Shown piece by piece: positions 8,698-18,404 of a stretch of DNA of 35,640 nucleotides. A program made the translations under genes and the position numbers. The notes beneath the pieces were generated by a model, which worked only from the letters and a program-made list of their open reading frames with translations, was not told the origin of the DNA and made no database searches. The first letter of the stretch is position 1; each line of letters starts with the position of its first letter. The DNA is from a virus (lineage: Duplodnaviria > Heunggongvirae > Uroviricota > Caudoviricetes), in the IMG/VR virus record IMGVR_UViG_2740892107_000010, positions 1 to 35,640 of that record, one strand, 5' to 3'.

Positions 8698-9657
8698 ATG
8701 AAAATTTGTATCGACGACGGCTCCACCAACATCAAGCTGGCATGGACTGAGAACGGCGAACGCCGCAACGCCATCAGCCCGAACAGCTTCAAGTCGGAAT
8801 GGTCTGCGCCGTTCGGTGGCACGCATCCCGCGAACTACATGCTTGATGGCGTGCGCTATGGCTTTGATCCGGTCAGCGATCGCTTTGTCCAGACGACTGA
8901 CACGCAATACCAGTACAGCGATGTGAATGTAATCGCCATTCATCACGCGCTGGTCAAATCAGGCATCACACCACAGGAAGTGGATGTGGTTGTCACCCTG
9001 CCACTGAGTGAGTATTTCGACACAAACGCACAGCCGGACATGGCCAACATCAACCGCAAAAAAGCGAACGTCATGCGCCCGGTGGAGTACCAGAACGGCG
9101 AAGCATTCACTATCCGTAACGTACGGGTTATGCCTGAATCCATTCCGGCTGGCTTTAAAGCACTGGCTGACATGAGTCCGTTTGAATCCCTGCTGATTGT
9201 GGATTTAGGCGGAACCACGCTGGATGTGGCAAAGGTTCAGGGACAACTGGCAGGTATCAGCCAGGTGTTTTGCGATCCACACGTAGGCGTTTCCCTGATG
9301 GCCGATGCCGTACTGTCGGTGATGGCCACTAACGGTATGCGTACCAGTCACCACATCGCCAATACCATTATCGAACATCGCCATGATGAAGCCTGGCTGC
9401 GCCAGCACATCCACAATGACGCGCATTACGCCAGCCTGATGGCGGTTATTCGTGAAAAGGAAGAAACACTGAAACAACGCGTGATCCGCGCGCTGGCGGG
9501 TTTTTCGGGTTACGGGCGGGTGATGGTTGTCGGTGGCGGGGCGGAGATTGTGGCACCCGCTATCCGCGAAGCCTGCGGAGTTAATGCGACTTTCATCGCG
9601 GACGGGGTGCCACAGTTTGCTCTGGTTAATGGGCTGTACGCAATGGACAAGGAGTAA
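8698..9657 (+). CDS. parM: ParM/StbA-like actin-family ATPase
   Basis: N-terminus MKICIDDGSTNIKLAW...ISPNSFKSEW...YQYSDVNVIAIHHALVKSGI closely resembles plasmid R1 ParM as I recall it (MLVFIDDGSTNIKLQW...). Confidence 0.8.
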   Translation: MKICIDDGSTNIKLAWTENGERRNAISPNSFKSEWSAPFGGTHPANYMLDGVRYGFDPVSDRFVQTTDTQYQYSDVNVIAIHHALVKSGITPQEVDVVVTLPLSEYFDTNAQPDMANINRKKANVMRPVEYQNGEAFTIRNVRVMPESIPAGFKALADMSPFESLLIVDLGGTTLDVAKVQGQLAGISQVFCDPHVGVSLMADAVLSVMATNGMRTSHHIANTIIEHRHDEAWLRQHIHNDAHYASLMAVIREKEETLKQRVIRALAGFSGYGRVMVVGGGAEIVAPAIREACGVNATFIADGVPQFALVNGLYAMDKE

Positions 9658-9660
9658 ACC

Positions 9661-9973
9661 AATGACGACACCAACCAGACGAATAAGTTTCTATCTGAAG
9701 CCTGCCGCCGTCAAGAACGAAGGCGAAGCATGCGCCTGGCTGGACAGCCTTACACCAGAAGCCCGTAAAAACGGCCAACGCGTGGCTTTTCTGGCTGGTC
9801 TGGCGCTTCTGAAAATGAATCCGGCAGAGGCTTACCGACTGGCAGCATGGGCTGACGATGAGGCGTTATCAGTGACACAAACCAGGACAGAACGCCCCCT
9901 GTCACAGCCAGTACCAACCGCACAGATAACCAGTCAGATGGCCGGAAATATCAGGGCATTATTTCCTGAATAA
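9661..9973 (+). CDS. parR: ParR-like adaptor protein
   Basis: 104 aa directly after parM; RISFYLKP...LDSLTPEARK...AFLAGLALLKMNP...ALFPE resembles R1 ParR as I recall it; AGGAG ribosome-binding site. Confidence 0.6.
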
Positions 9974-10036
9974 CACAACGTCAGGGCGAGTTCGCCCTGA
10001 TCTCCATCTCAGAACATAAACAAGAAGAGCGACTTA

Positions 10037-10420
10037 ATGAGCAAAATCAACTATCAGGCATTACGTGAACGTTATTCACCTGCACCAGTACCAAAATGCC
10101 CTATTTGCGGCGAAGAAATGTCAATTCAGCGAATATCTGGAGCACTGGTTGTTTATGGCTGCTCCGGTTATGGTGATGATGGAGATTTCAAAATTGGTCG
10201 AACTCTTGCCGACGAACATTATGAAAAATCACGCGTAACAGTGTTGGATGTCGGGGATCCTGAAGTATTGGCGCTACTTGATTGGCTGGAAACCAAAGAC
10301 AACCGAATCGCTGAACTGGAAAAAATCGCCACTGACTATGCACTTAAATTCCAGAAAGCACAGGACGCATTAAAGTACGCCGCTTTGCTGCATAGCAGGA
10401 CAGTGCAGCTACAAGACTAA
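10037..10420 (+). CDS. Hypothetical protein with N-terminal CxxC zinc-ribbon-like motif
   Basis: 127 aa; CPICGEE ... YGCSGYG; helical C-terminal half. Confidence 0.55.
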   Translation: MSKINYQALRERYSPAPVPKCPICGEEMSIQRISGALVVYGCSGYGDDGDFKIGRTLADEHYEKSRVTVLDVGDPEVLALLDWLETKDNRIAELEKIATDYALKFQKAQDALKYAALLHSRTVQLQD

Positions 10421-10510
10421 CTTAAAGCGGAAGATTAATACATGGTGAGTCGGGGTAATTTGTTTTTATCCCGACAAATAAACAAAAAAGTGGACTATCT
10501 CTGTAGTATC

Positions 10511-11042
10511 TTATTCAGCATCGTCTCGTGCAGTCTGTGCATACGTCACAACAACGCCCAATGCATTAGTTTTCTTTTCAACATAGATAATATTGTCATA
10601 TTCATAGTTACCATACGGATAGCAAATAAGAATATTTTTATGCAGATCGGGATCATCAACAAACGCTCCGGAACAGCTTCTTGAACTACCGGATGTATAC
10701 TCATACGGTGCAACATATGATGATGTTACTCCTGGTAAAAAATAAGTCACCATCATAAGAGGGATAATCAGGAATATCCCTGTAAGAATGCAAGAGCCAG
10801 CATAAACCTTCAGGTATTCCGACAGTCCTTTCCAGCCACTTTGCTTCACTACCCCCCCTCTTCACCAGAAACAAGGAGAAGAAAAAGGACATACCCATAC
10901 TACACAAGATGTAATAATTGGATATACGCGAATTAAGATATGTAATCCTGTAGATATCTGCCCTCCACCAGTAAAAGAGGAAAATAATCCCTAGCACTGA
11001 AACAGTCATGCAAATCAAATAAGGATATGAATCTTTCTTCAT
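10511..11042 (-). CDS. AT-rich membrane protein gene, split into two overlapping frames at a C7/G7 tract
   Basis: ORF 10701-11042 (two hydrophobic segments) and ORF 10511-10849 (one hydrophobic segment) overlap in different frames; removing one base from the C7 run at 10852-10858 fuses them into about 175 aa. Confidence 0.5.
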
Positions 11043-11519
11043 GTCTTGCGCTCATTAAAATTTCCCTGCTACGAACAAATTTACCATCCGTTTTTTGCGC
11101 AGAAAACAGCACGATGCACACTGCACGATAGTGCACAAATTTGCACAATTTTTTTGAACGACTTTTTACCCTTCCGGCCAGCATGGCGGCTGGATCCGTC
11201 AAGGATCCGTGCGTGCACAAAAAAACGCGCTTTTTCTGCGCGCAGGTGACGGGGGAACAGCCCGCGTTTCAGGGGGTAAATAGCATTCCCTGAACGATGT
11301 CGCAGCGACACAACAGAATGGCTGTATTTCTCACACTGAGCGTGAAAAAGACGTGAGGGCTTTTGATTTGATGGGGTGACAGACAAGGCCGTCAAAATCG
11401 CACTGAGGCGGCAAGAACATGCAGTCGACGCGGTGGGATTGCGTAAGAGCCTGACCGTCGATGATGGCGATAAGCTGGAAGACGTCGTGAAATTATCTGA
11501 TTGATACAGGAGCTGGAGA

Positions 11520-11548
11520 GTCGGGGCATAAATTTTTTATGCCCCGGC
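11520..11548 (-). terminator. Hairpin downstream of portal gene
   Basis: Inverted repeat ggggcataaa / tttatgcccc at 11523-11545, immediately 3-prime of the Q stop on the minus strand. Confidence 0.4.
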
Positions 11549-11572
11549 GAAGCAGCAGACAAGCGAAGCGCG

Positions 11573-12619
11573 TCAGGATGTGGGCTGAGTGTCCAGCAGT
11601 GCGTAAGGGTTAAAGCGGATCACCTCTTCGCCAAGCCAGTCATTGATATGCTTCATGGCCTCCATTACGGGCATCAGCTCGTTAATTGCGTAAACCCGCG
11701 CTGCCTTCTCCACATCACCAAACGCACTTTTTTCGCCCGGCATCGCCCCCATCAGTTGCGGCGGAACGCGGTGCGCAGCCAGCACATCATCACGGGATGC
11801 CGCCTTAACATTCATGAACTCATCTTTTGCGGTGATCTGCTGGAACGGCAAAATTTGCACCCCCTCTTTGCCCCCGTTGGGCGCGTGAATGAGCACGTTT
11901 TTAAACGCACCACCACCACGTGCACCCTGTAGCGTTTCCTTCAGGGAGTCCATGCTTTCGCGGTTTACCTGCGCTGCACCGATGTAGATGATGCACCCGG
12001 CGTGGGATCCGTTGTCGTAATACAGTTTTCTGAACATGTCCGCCGAATGAGACAGGCTGGCCGAGAGTAATGCGCCGAGATATTCCGGCATGCCGTAGAT
12101 TTCCTGGTTAATGTCAGGATTCATCAGGTGGCACACTTTGCCAGAGCGAAACTGAAACGCGTCCTTGCCATCCTGCACATACCACCATGATTCAAGATCG
12201 CTTCCGCGTCGCATGTATTTCGCCAGGGCGTGCCGTAATTTAAGCGGTTCGCCGAGCATATTGCTTCGAAGCTCAAGGAATGCGTTACCGAACACAAACC
12301 AGTCCAGCGCCAGCGCCGAGAAATCCTGCCGGGAAAGCAGCGGATGCGGAATATAGCAGCCGAGCAATACATTACGCTTAAAGTAAAGCGCAGACTGATG
12401 CCAGGACGTTTGCCGGGCAGCTCTTGCCAGACCGTACCAGTCCACCGGGGTTTCATACCACCGCCCGTTATCAGCACAGTACATATTGTCCAGCAGGTCA
12501 TGCCCGGTCAGGCGGTAAGGACCATCAAATGTGAATGCACTGAGCGACGATTCTTTCCTGAGCGCATCAGCGAGATCAATGCGTGAACTCATGCGCACTT
12601 TTTTATTTTTTCTGCTCAT
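11573..12619 (-). CDS. Q: Portal protein (P2 gpQ family)
   Basis: 348 aa, size and position match P2 Q; start overlaps the terminase stop (ATGA). Confidence 0.85.
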   Translation of the reverse strand: MSRKNKKVRMSSRIDLADALRKESSLSAFTFDGPYRLTGHDLLDNMYCADNGRWYETPVDWYGLARAARQTSWHQSALYFKRNVLLGCYIPHPLLSRQDFSALALDWFVFGNAFLELRSNMLGEPLKLRHALAKYMRRGSDLESWWYVQDGKDAFQFRSGKVCHLMNPDINQEIYGMPEYLGALLSASLSHSADMFRKLYYDNGSHAGCIIYIGAAQVNRESMDSLKETLQGARGGGAFKNVLIHAPNGGKEGVQILPFQQITAKDEFMNVKAASRDDVLAAHRVPPQLMGAMPGEKSAFGDVEKAARVYAINELMPVMEAMKHINDWLGEEVIRFNPYALLDTQPTS

Positions 12620-14370
12620 CAGAACTCCATAACCGTGAAACGCTCGTTTTCTCCTTCGCCGCCAATTGGTTCGTTAATGACAGCAAGCATGGTTGCCCAC
12701 GCAAGGTCGCCGTGGCTGATCCCCCTCGCGCGGTCCGTTTCGTAAGTGATAAAGCCACCCGGTGTTTTCACCTTACGCACGGCGTTAAAGGCCGCGACCA
12801 GCTCGCGTTCGGCGCGATCGTATTCCCACCGCCCGGCACGCATTATTTGCAGCATTTTCAGTACCAGCGACCGTTTTGATGACAGCGTGAAGGTGTACGG
12901 AATAGCAGCAGGGAAAAACCGTTTCACTATCTGATAAACAGCCTCCCCGTTCCCGCCCGTCACATCAATGCCGATGTGTTCCACGTTGTAGCGACACGTG
13001 AACTCTTCAATGACTCTGGCCTGTTCTTCAAACTCCAGCCCCTGAACGCGTCGCGTCTCCACCGTTCGAAAACGGCCACCAGGAACAGCCGGAGGAACCA
13101 CCACGGACACAGCGCCGCTGTCGCCGTTTCCACTGCTGCCGTTTGCGTCATAACCAATCCATACCGGACGATTCCCCATCGGGCGGGGAGCAAAAGGTTT
13201 CCAGTCTTTCCAGTCGTCGTATCCGTCAACACCGCAGCCAATCAGGATATTCAGGTTAAATGCCGATTCCCCTTCGCGGACAAACTCACACATATAGAGA
13301 TTGCGGAACTCGTCTTCGGTGTTTTCATCACGAATTTCGTCGATATCGGTGTGTTTCCAGCCGTGATTAACCACATCTTCCAGCGTGACAATTTGCCGCC
13401 ACGTCCGGTCAGGGCAGATAAGCCCGTTATGCAGCGTTTTCCAGTCCACAGAAAAACGCTGGCGTTTATGCGTGGCCTTTTTCTCGTTCCAGCGGTCGCC
13501 GTTCCAGTAGGCGTATGCCTCGTGCGTTTCGGTGGATGGCGTGGAGAAGTAGGTGCGCCGCAGTCCGCTGAGGGTTGCCATAGCGCCAGCCACCTTGCGC
13601 AGTTCAGCAAAGCGGCTGACCCAGAAAAATTCATCAAAATAAAAATTGCCAGTATAGGACTGTGCCGACGCAGCAGAAGTGCCGAGGAAATGCAGCTCTG
13701 CGCCGTTGGAGAGGATGATTTTATCACCCCCTTTCAGCTCCACATCAACTTCAGCCGCGGCCTTCTGAATAATGCTTTTAAACTGGAACGCCTGACGACG
13801 CGACGCAGACAAAAAAATCTGGTTACGCTGGTAAGGTTGCGCCACATCGTCACGCAGCGCCATCAACAGTGCTTCCTGTGCAAAATACCAGGTCGCCCCA
13901 ATCTGTCGGGATTTCAGGATCATCCTGTTACGTATCCCGGCTTCCCTGCAAAGGGTCAGGGCGTCAAACCAGCCCCGCTGATGCCACTCCAGCCTGCTGA
14001 TGATTTTTTCCCGCAGTGCGGCAATCTGTTCCGGCGTGAAATGATTTTTAAGTTTTTTCGCCCGGCTTTTCTTTCCTGTGGCCGTCGCATCCGGCTGGTC
14101 ATTATGCAGTTTTTTAAGCTGCCGGGTCAGCAGGTCTATTTCCTTGAAGTCACCACCTGTTTTATTCTGTTTTTCAGTAAGCTGGATGAGGCGCGCATCG
14201 ATGGACTGCGTGACACGCTGCACGGGTGGCGTTTCATCCCACTGATCGCGTTTTTTCCACGCATAAATCGTGTTCGGGTTTATTCCCATCAGACGTGATA
14301 TTTCTGCGGGCGGATAACCCTGCCAGTAAAGTTGTCGCGCACGCTGGCGCACAAAAGCGTCCTGAATCAT
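12619..14370 (-). CDS. P: Terminase large subunit (P2 gpP family)
   Basis: 583 aa; divergent from O across a late promoter region, as in P2. Confidence 0.9.
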   Translation of the reverse strand: MIQDAFVRQRARQLYWQGYPPAEISRLMGINPNTIYAWKKRDQWDETPPVQRVTQSIDARLIQLTEKQNKTGGDFKEIDLLTRQLKKLHNDQPDATATGKKSRAKKLKNHFTPEQIAALREKIISRLEWHQRGWFDALTLCREAGIRNRMILKSRQIGATWYFAQEALLMALRDDVAQPYQRNQIFLSASRRQAFQFKSIIQKAAAEVDVELKGGDKIILSNGAELHFLGTSAASAQSYTGNFYFDEFFWVSRFAELRKVAGAMATLSGLRRTYFSTPSTETHEAYAYWNGDRWNEKKATHKRQRFSVDWKTLHNGLICPDRTWRQIVTLEDVVNHGWKHTDIDEIRDENTEDEFRNLYMCEFVREGESAFNLNILIGCGVDGYDDWKDWKPFAPRPMGNRPVWIGYDANGSSGNGDSGAVSVVVPPAVPGGRFRTVETRRVQGLEFEEQARVIEEFTCRYNVEHIGIDVTGGNGEAVYQIVKRFFPAAIPYTFTLSSKRSLVLKMLQIMRAGRWEYDRAERELVAAFNAVRKVKTPGGFITYETDRARGISHGDLAWATMLAVINEPIGGEGENERFTVMEF

Positions 14371-14523
14371 TGCTCCCCCTGAGTAATTACAGGAAGATTA
14401 CCCGCGCGCGAAACCGTTCTCCTTAACCCCCTGTTCTGGCTGTTTTCTTACAACAAAAGCCCTTTGTATCAGCCTGTTACGCTTTGCCATCATGACTGAA
14501 GAACCAGTCAGAGGGGCAAAACT

Positions 14524-15360
14524 ATGGCTAATGAAAAAAAGACATCCCGCAAAAAGTTTCGCGTGGCTGTCTCTGGATCAACTGTTGATGGACGCGAAAT
14601 CAGCCCGGTGCATCTGCGTGAAGCCGCCGAGAACTTCAACCCGGATGTTTACGCTGCCCGCGTGAACGTTGAGCACTATCTCTCGCCATGCCCGTCAAGC
14701 GAATTTTCCGCAATGGGCGATGTCACCGCACTGAGTACGGAAGATATTACGGAAGGCCCGCTGGCCGGACGTACTGCGTTGTATGCAGAAATCGAACCGA
14801 CCGAGCGCATGAAGCAGCTTGTCGCTGACGGCAAGAAAATCTATTCCAGTATCGAACTGCACCCGCAGTTCTCCGTTAACGGGCGCGCCTATCTGGTCGG
14901 GCTGGCGATGACCGACACCCCGGCAAGCCTGGGCACTGAGCGCCTGAAATTCACGGCACAGCAACGTCAGGCAGTAATGACGTTCAACAGTGTCCAGGGT
15001 GAGGCACCGCTCATTTCCGAAGCCATCGAGTCTGAAATCATCGAAATGGCAGAACAACGCCAGGAAGAAGGCACCCAGTGGTTTAACCGCGTAATGGGGA
15101 TTATTGGTCGTGGCCGCAAAGCGGATGACGCCAGTTTCTCCCGTATTCAGGAAGCGGTGGAAGGCGTCGCAACGTCACAGGCCGACATTATCGACCGTTT
15201 TAATGTGCTGGAAACCCGCCATCAGCAGGACCGCCAGAAAATCACGTCACTGACCACAGAGCTGGCAGCACTGAAGGAAAAACTGCGCACGCAGGACGGC
15301 GATCCGCAGAACCGCTTCACCGCAACGGGCGCAGCCTCCGACCAGCTGGCTGACTTCTGA
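14524..15360 (+). CDS. O: Capsid scaffolding protein (P2 gpO family)
   Basis: 278 aa, first gene of the rightward late capsid operon. Confidence 0.85.
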   Translation: MANEKKTSRKKFRVAVSGSTVDGREISPVHLREAAENFNPDVYAARVNVEHYLSPCPSSEFSAMGDVTALSTEDITEGPLAGRTALYAEIEPTERMKQLVADGKKIYSSIELHPQFSVNGRAYLVGLAMTDTPASLGTERLKFTAQQRQAVMTFNSVQGEAPLISEAIESEIIEMAEQRQEEGTQWFNRVMGIIGRGRKADDASFSRIQEAVEGVATSQADIIDRFNVLETRHQQDRQKITSLTTELAALKEKLRTQDGDPQNRFTATGAASDQLADF

Positions 15361-15383
15361 TAAGACAAAGGAGCAAATTTTTT

Positions 15384-16436
15384 ATGAATCTGGTGATGTC
15401 AGATATTACCCGCAACAAGCTGGGTTGCTATATGGCGCAGCAGGCGTCGCTTAACAACATCCCGGTATCTGCACTGGTATCGCGATTTACCGTGGAACCC
15501 TCGGTGCAGCAGCGTTTTGAAAACGCAGTAAAGGAGAGCACTGAATTTACAAAAAAAATTAACGTGTTCGGTGTAACCGACCAGAAAGGCGAAAAAATCC
15601 TCCTGGACACCACCGGGCCGATTGCGCGCACGAATACCAGTTATGACGGCACAAAACGCCGTAACCCGAATAACGTGGTTGATCTGAAAAACCGCAAATA
15701 CCAGTGCGAACAGGTGAACTACGACACGTTTATTTCGTATCCGCAGCTTGATGCCTGGGCGGCACACCCTGATTTTCAGTCCCGCGTCAGCACACAGATT
15801 GCCCGGCAGGTGGCGCTTGACCGCATCATGATCGGTTTCAACGGCACGTCTCACGCAGATGAGTCCAACTTCAGCACCAACAAGCTGCTTCAGGACGTTA
15901 ACGTGGGATGGCTGGAGCACATCAGAACCGACGCCAGCGAGCGCGTAATGAATGACGTGACGCTGACCTCCCGCAACATGGACAACACCGTGGCGCACGC
16001 GGGTAAGTATGCGAACGCTGATGCACTGGTACAGGACGCGCGCTCATCCCTGCTGGATGAATGGCACAAGGAAGCTGACGACCTCGTGGTGATTATGGGG
16101 CGCAACCTGTTTAACTCGCTGCGTCTGCCCGTGCTGAACAGCATCAGCGGCCAGAATCCCAATGCGGAATTACTTGCCGGACAGCTCATCCTGTCATCGC
16201 GCGCCATTGGCGGACTGGATGTATTCCTTGCGCCGTTCTTCCCGGATTCAACGATGCTGATCACCTCGTTCAACAACCTGTCGATTTACTGGCAGAAAGG
16301 AACAATGCGTCGCCTGATGAAAGACGAGCCGGAATACAACCGCATCGCCACCTACCAGTCCATCAATGACGCTTATGTCGTTGAAGACTATGGCAAGTGC
16401 GCGATGGTCACTGGCCTGAAGTTCGCCGACAGCTAA
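15384..16436 (+). CDS. N: Major capsid protein (P2 gpN family)
   Basis: 350 aa after the scaffold gene. Confidence 0.9.
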   Translation: MNLVMSDITRNKLGCYMAQQASLNNIPVSALVSRFTVEPSVQQRFENAVKESTEFTKKINVFGVTDQKGEKILLDTTGPIARTNTSYDGTKRRNPNNVVDLKNRKYQCEQVNYDTFISYPQLDAWAAHPDFQSRVSTQIARQVALDRIMIGFNGTSHADESNFSTNKLLQDVNVGWLEHIRTDASERVMNDVTLTSRNMDNTVAHAGKYANADALVQDARSSLLDEWHKEADDLVVIMGRNLFNSLRLPVLNSISGQNPNAELLAGQLILSSRAIGGLDVFLAPFFPDSTMLITSFNNLSIYWQKGTMRRLMKDEPEYNRIATYQSINDAYVVEDYGKCAMVTGLKFADS

Positions 16437-16481
16437 TCAACTCACGGCGGGCATCATGCCCGCCTGTAACGGAGAGAAAAA

Positions 16482-17282
16482 ATGATTACTCCTGCACAGC
16501 AACACTGGCAGAACGTGATGGCACAGCGCGCAGGCCGGGCGAATGAAGGCGTGGACCACGCCGCGCGTACCGCGCATGAAGAGGTGCTGTATCGTCTGCG
16601 TCTGGCACAGGCCCGACTTAAGGGCGTACAGGCCAGAAGCGCGAAAGCCGCCATCAAAAAAGAGTTGTTGCCGGACTTTTCCGGCTGGATTGAGGGAACG
16701 CTGGAGGCTGACGGCGGGCAGCAGGATGAAGTGATTGCCACGCTGATGGTGTGGGCAATTGACTGCGGCGATCTTCCGCTGGCGCTGCGTATTGGTGCGT
16801 ATGTGGTCCATCACAACCTCATCATGCCGGATAACTTTGGCCGTACTGCTGCCACGGTACTGACCGAAGAAATCTGTAATCCGGTACTGACGCAGGCCGG
16901 GACGGATGCCGACGCGGATTTGTCCGCCTTTATCGAACCACTGGACACCCTCCGGGAGATTGTCACCGACCAGGACATGCCGGACGAAGTGCGCGCCAAA
17001 TTATGCAAGGCGTGCGCCTTTGCCCGCCGTGGCCTGAGCGACGCGGACAGCATGGCCCTGTCACTGAAGCTGCTGCGCGAAGCGATGCACCTGAACCCGA
17101 ACGCAGGTGTGAAACGCGAGATTGCAACCCTTTCCCGCGCCCTGAAAAAAGCCGATTCCGCAGCCGCCCCAGATGACGCCAGCGCACAGCAGGCGCAGGA
17201 CGAAAGCAGCAAAAGTAAAAAGACAACGCGGAAGCCTGCAATACGAAAAACCACCGCGACGCAGAAGGCGAAGCGCGTTTAA
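16482..17282 (+). CDS. M: Terminase small subunit (P2 gpM family)
   Basis: 266 aa after the capsid gene. Confidence 0.85.
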   Translation: MITPAQQHWQNVMAQRAGRANEGVDHAARTAHEEVLYRLRLAQARLKGVQARSAKAAIKKELLPDFSGWIEGTLEADGGQQDEVIATLMVWAIDCGDLPLALRIGAYVVHHNLIMPDNFGRTAATVLTEEICNPVLTQAGTDADADLSAFIEPLDTLREIVTDQDMPDEVRAKLCKACAFARRGLSDADSMALSLKLLREAMHLNPNAGVKREIATLSRALKKADSAAAPDDASAQQAQDESSKSKKTTRKPAIRKTTATQKAKRV

Positions 17283-17383
17283 CGACTGACCCCGTCAGCG
17301 GGCGGCGTGCACGGTGTTCCGGTTTGACTCCGTGACCGTTTACACCGCGCACCCACCGCCCGATTTTTTCAGGAGTGAACCCC

Positions 17384-17878
17384 ATGAGTATGGTTGCCAG
17401 AACTGACCCCAGACCCGCAGAGGACGACATCACCGATACCGATGATGGCGACACTCGCATTTCAGCGGGCGCATTCTGGCCGGATATTGTGCTGCGAGAT
17501 CTGCGTCTGGCGGTACGACTGCCGGGGCGTGTGACCACCTCCCGCCTGCTGCATACCGCCACCGGGGCCGTGGCACACGTTATCCGCGAGCTGGAAGCGT
17601 GGCAGCAGGAACAGCAGGCGGCTGGCCATCAGACGCTGGCCGATGTTCCGGCACCCGTAATTAACGGAGAAAGCGTCAATCTCTGGCACTGGCGTAATGC
17701 CGTTTATACCGCCACACGCGCCCTGATTCTGGAGCGTTACCGCGATGCGGACACAACGGATAAAGGCGAGCGCCGGGCAGACGCACTGGACGCACAGGCT
17801 GCGGATCTGTGGCGCGATGTGAGCTGGGCCATCTCTGACATTCTGGGACGACCGCGAATCTTTGCGGAGTTGTGCTGA
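17384..17878 (+). CDS. L: Head completion protein (P2 gpL family)
   Basis: About 164 aa; ATG at 17384 is 10 nt after AGGAG. Confidence 0.8.
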   Translation: MSMVARTDPRPAEDDITDTDDGDTRISAGAFWPDIVLRDLRLAVRLPGRVTTSRLLHTATGAVAHVIRELEAWQQEQQAAGHQTLADVPAPVINGESVNLWHWRNAVYTATRALILERYRDADTTDKGERRADALDAQAADLWRDVSWAISDILGRPRIFAELC

Positions 17879-18078
17879 TGAAAGTGAAGGCACTGGAAGG
17901 CGACACCGTGGATTCGCTCTGTTTCCGGTACTACGGCACGACGCAGGGCGTCACCGAAAAGGTGCTGGATGCCAACCCCGGACTCTGCCAGCAGGTATTT
18001 CTGGACGCCGGGCAGGAAGTGGAGATGCCAGAGCCGGAGAAGAAGAAACGAGAAATGATTCAGTTGTGGGGGGAGTAG
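17878..18078 (+). CDS. X: Tail protein X (P2 gpX family)
   Basis: 66 aa, ATG overlapping the L stop (TGATG). Confidence 0.75.
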   Translation: MKVKALEGDTVDSLCFRYYGTTQGVTEKVLDANPGLCQQVFLDAGQEVEMPEPEKKKREMIQLWGE

Positions 18079-18080
18079 CA

Positions 18081-18404
18081 GTGAGCACCATTCAAACAGG
18101 GATCACAGAGCAGGTTATTGCGTGGCTCTTTGACCACCTGCCAACGGTGTATGCAGTAGGCGCGGCGGTCAGCATTTCCGCGCTGATGAGTCTTTATGAC
18201 GGACGAACACTGGTTCAGACCGTAACGGGATCGCTGGCGTGCGGCGTTCTTGCCATGGCCGTGGCCGGGTCGTTGCGCTTCTTCGGGTTTCCTGAAGATG
18301 CCGTGACGTTTATCGGCGCATCAATCGGTTTTATGGGTGCAGAGAAAGCACGCGACAAGGTTATTGCGGCCTTTAATCGCAGGGTGAAGGAGAAGGACGA
18401 ATGA
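18081..18404 (+). CDS. Holin
   Basis: About 107 aa from GTG 18081 with G-rich ribosome-binding site; two to three hydrophobic helices; immediately upstream of endolysin. Confidence 0.7.
   Translation: MSTIQTGITEQVIAWLFDHLPTVYAVGAAVSISALMSLYDGRTLVQTVTGSLACGVLAMAVAGSLRFFGFPEDAVTFIGASIGFMGAEKARDKVIAAFNRRVKEKDE

Noticed and set aside
12976-14298. 440-aa plus-strand ORF antisense to the terminase large subunit
   Set aside because: Fully embedded antisense in a conserved structural gene; low-complexity arginine/proline-rich translation; no ribosome-binding site.
14371-14523. Ogr-type late promoter motif TGT-N12-ACA between P and O
   Set aside because: Only a TGT-N15-ACA dyad (14432-14452) was found; spacing does not match the consensus I recall, so I did not annotate it.
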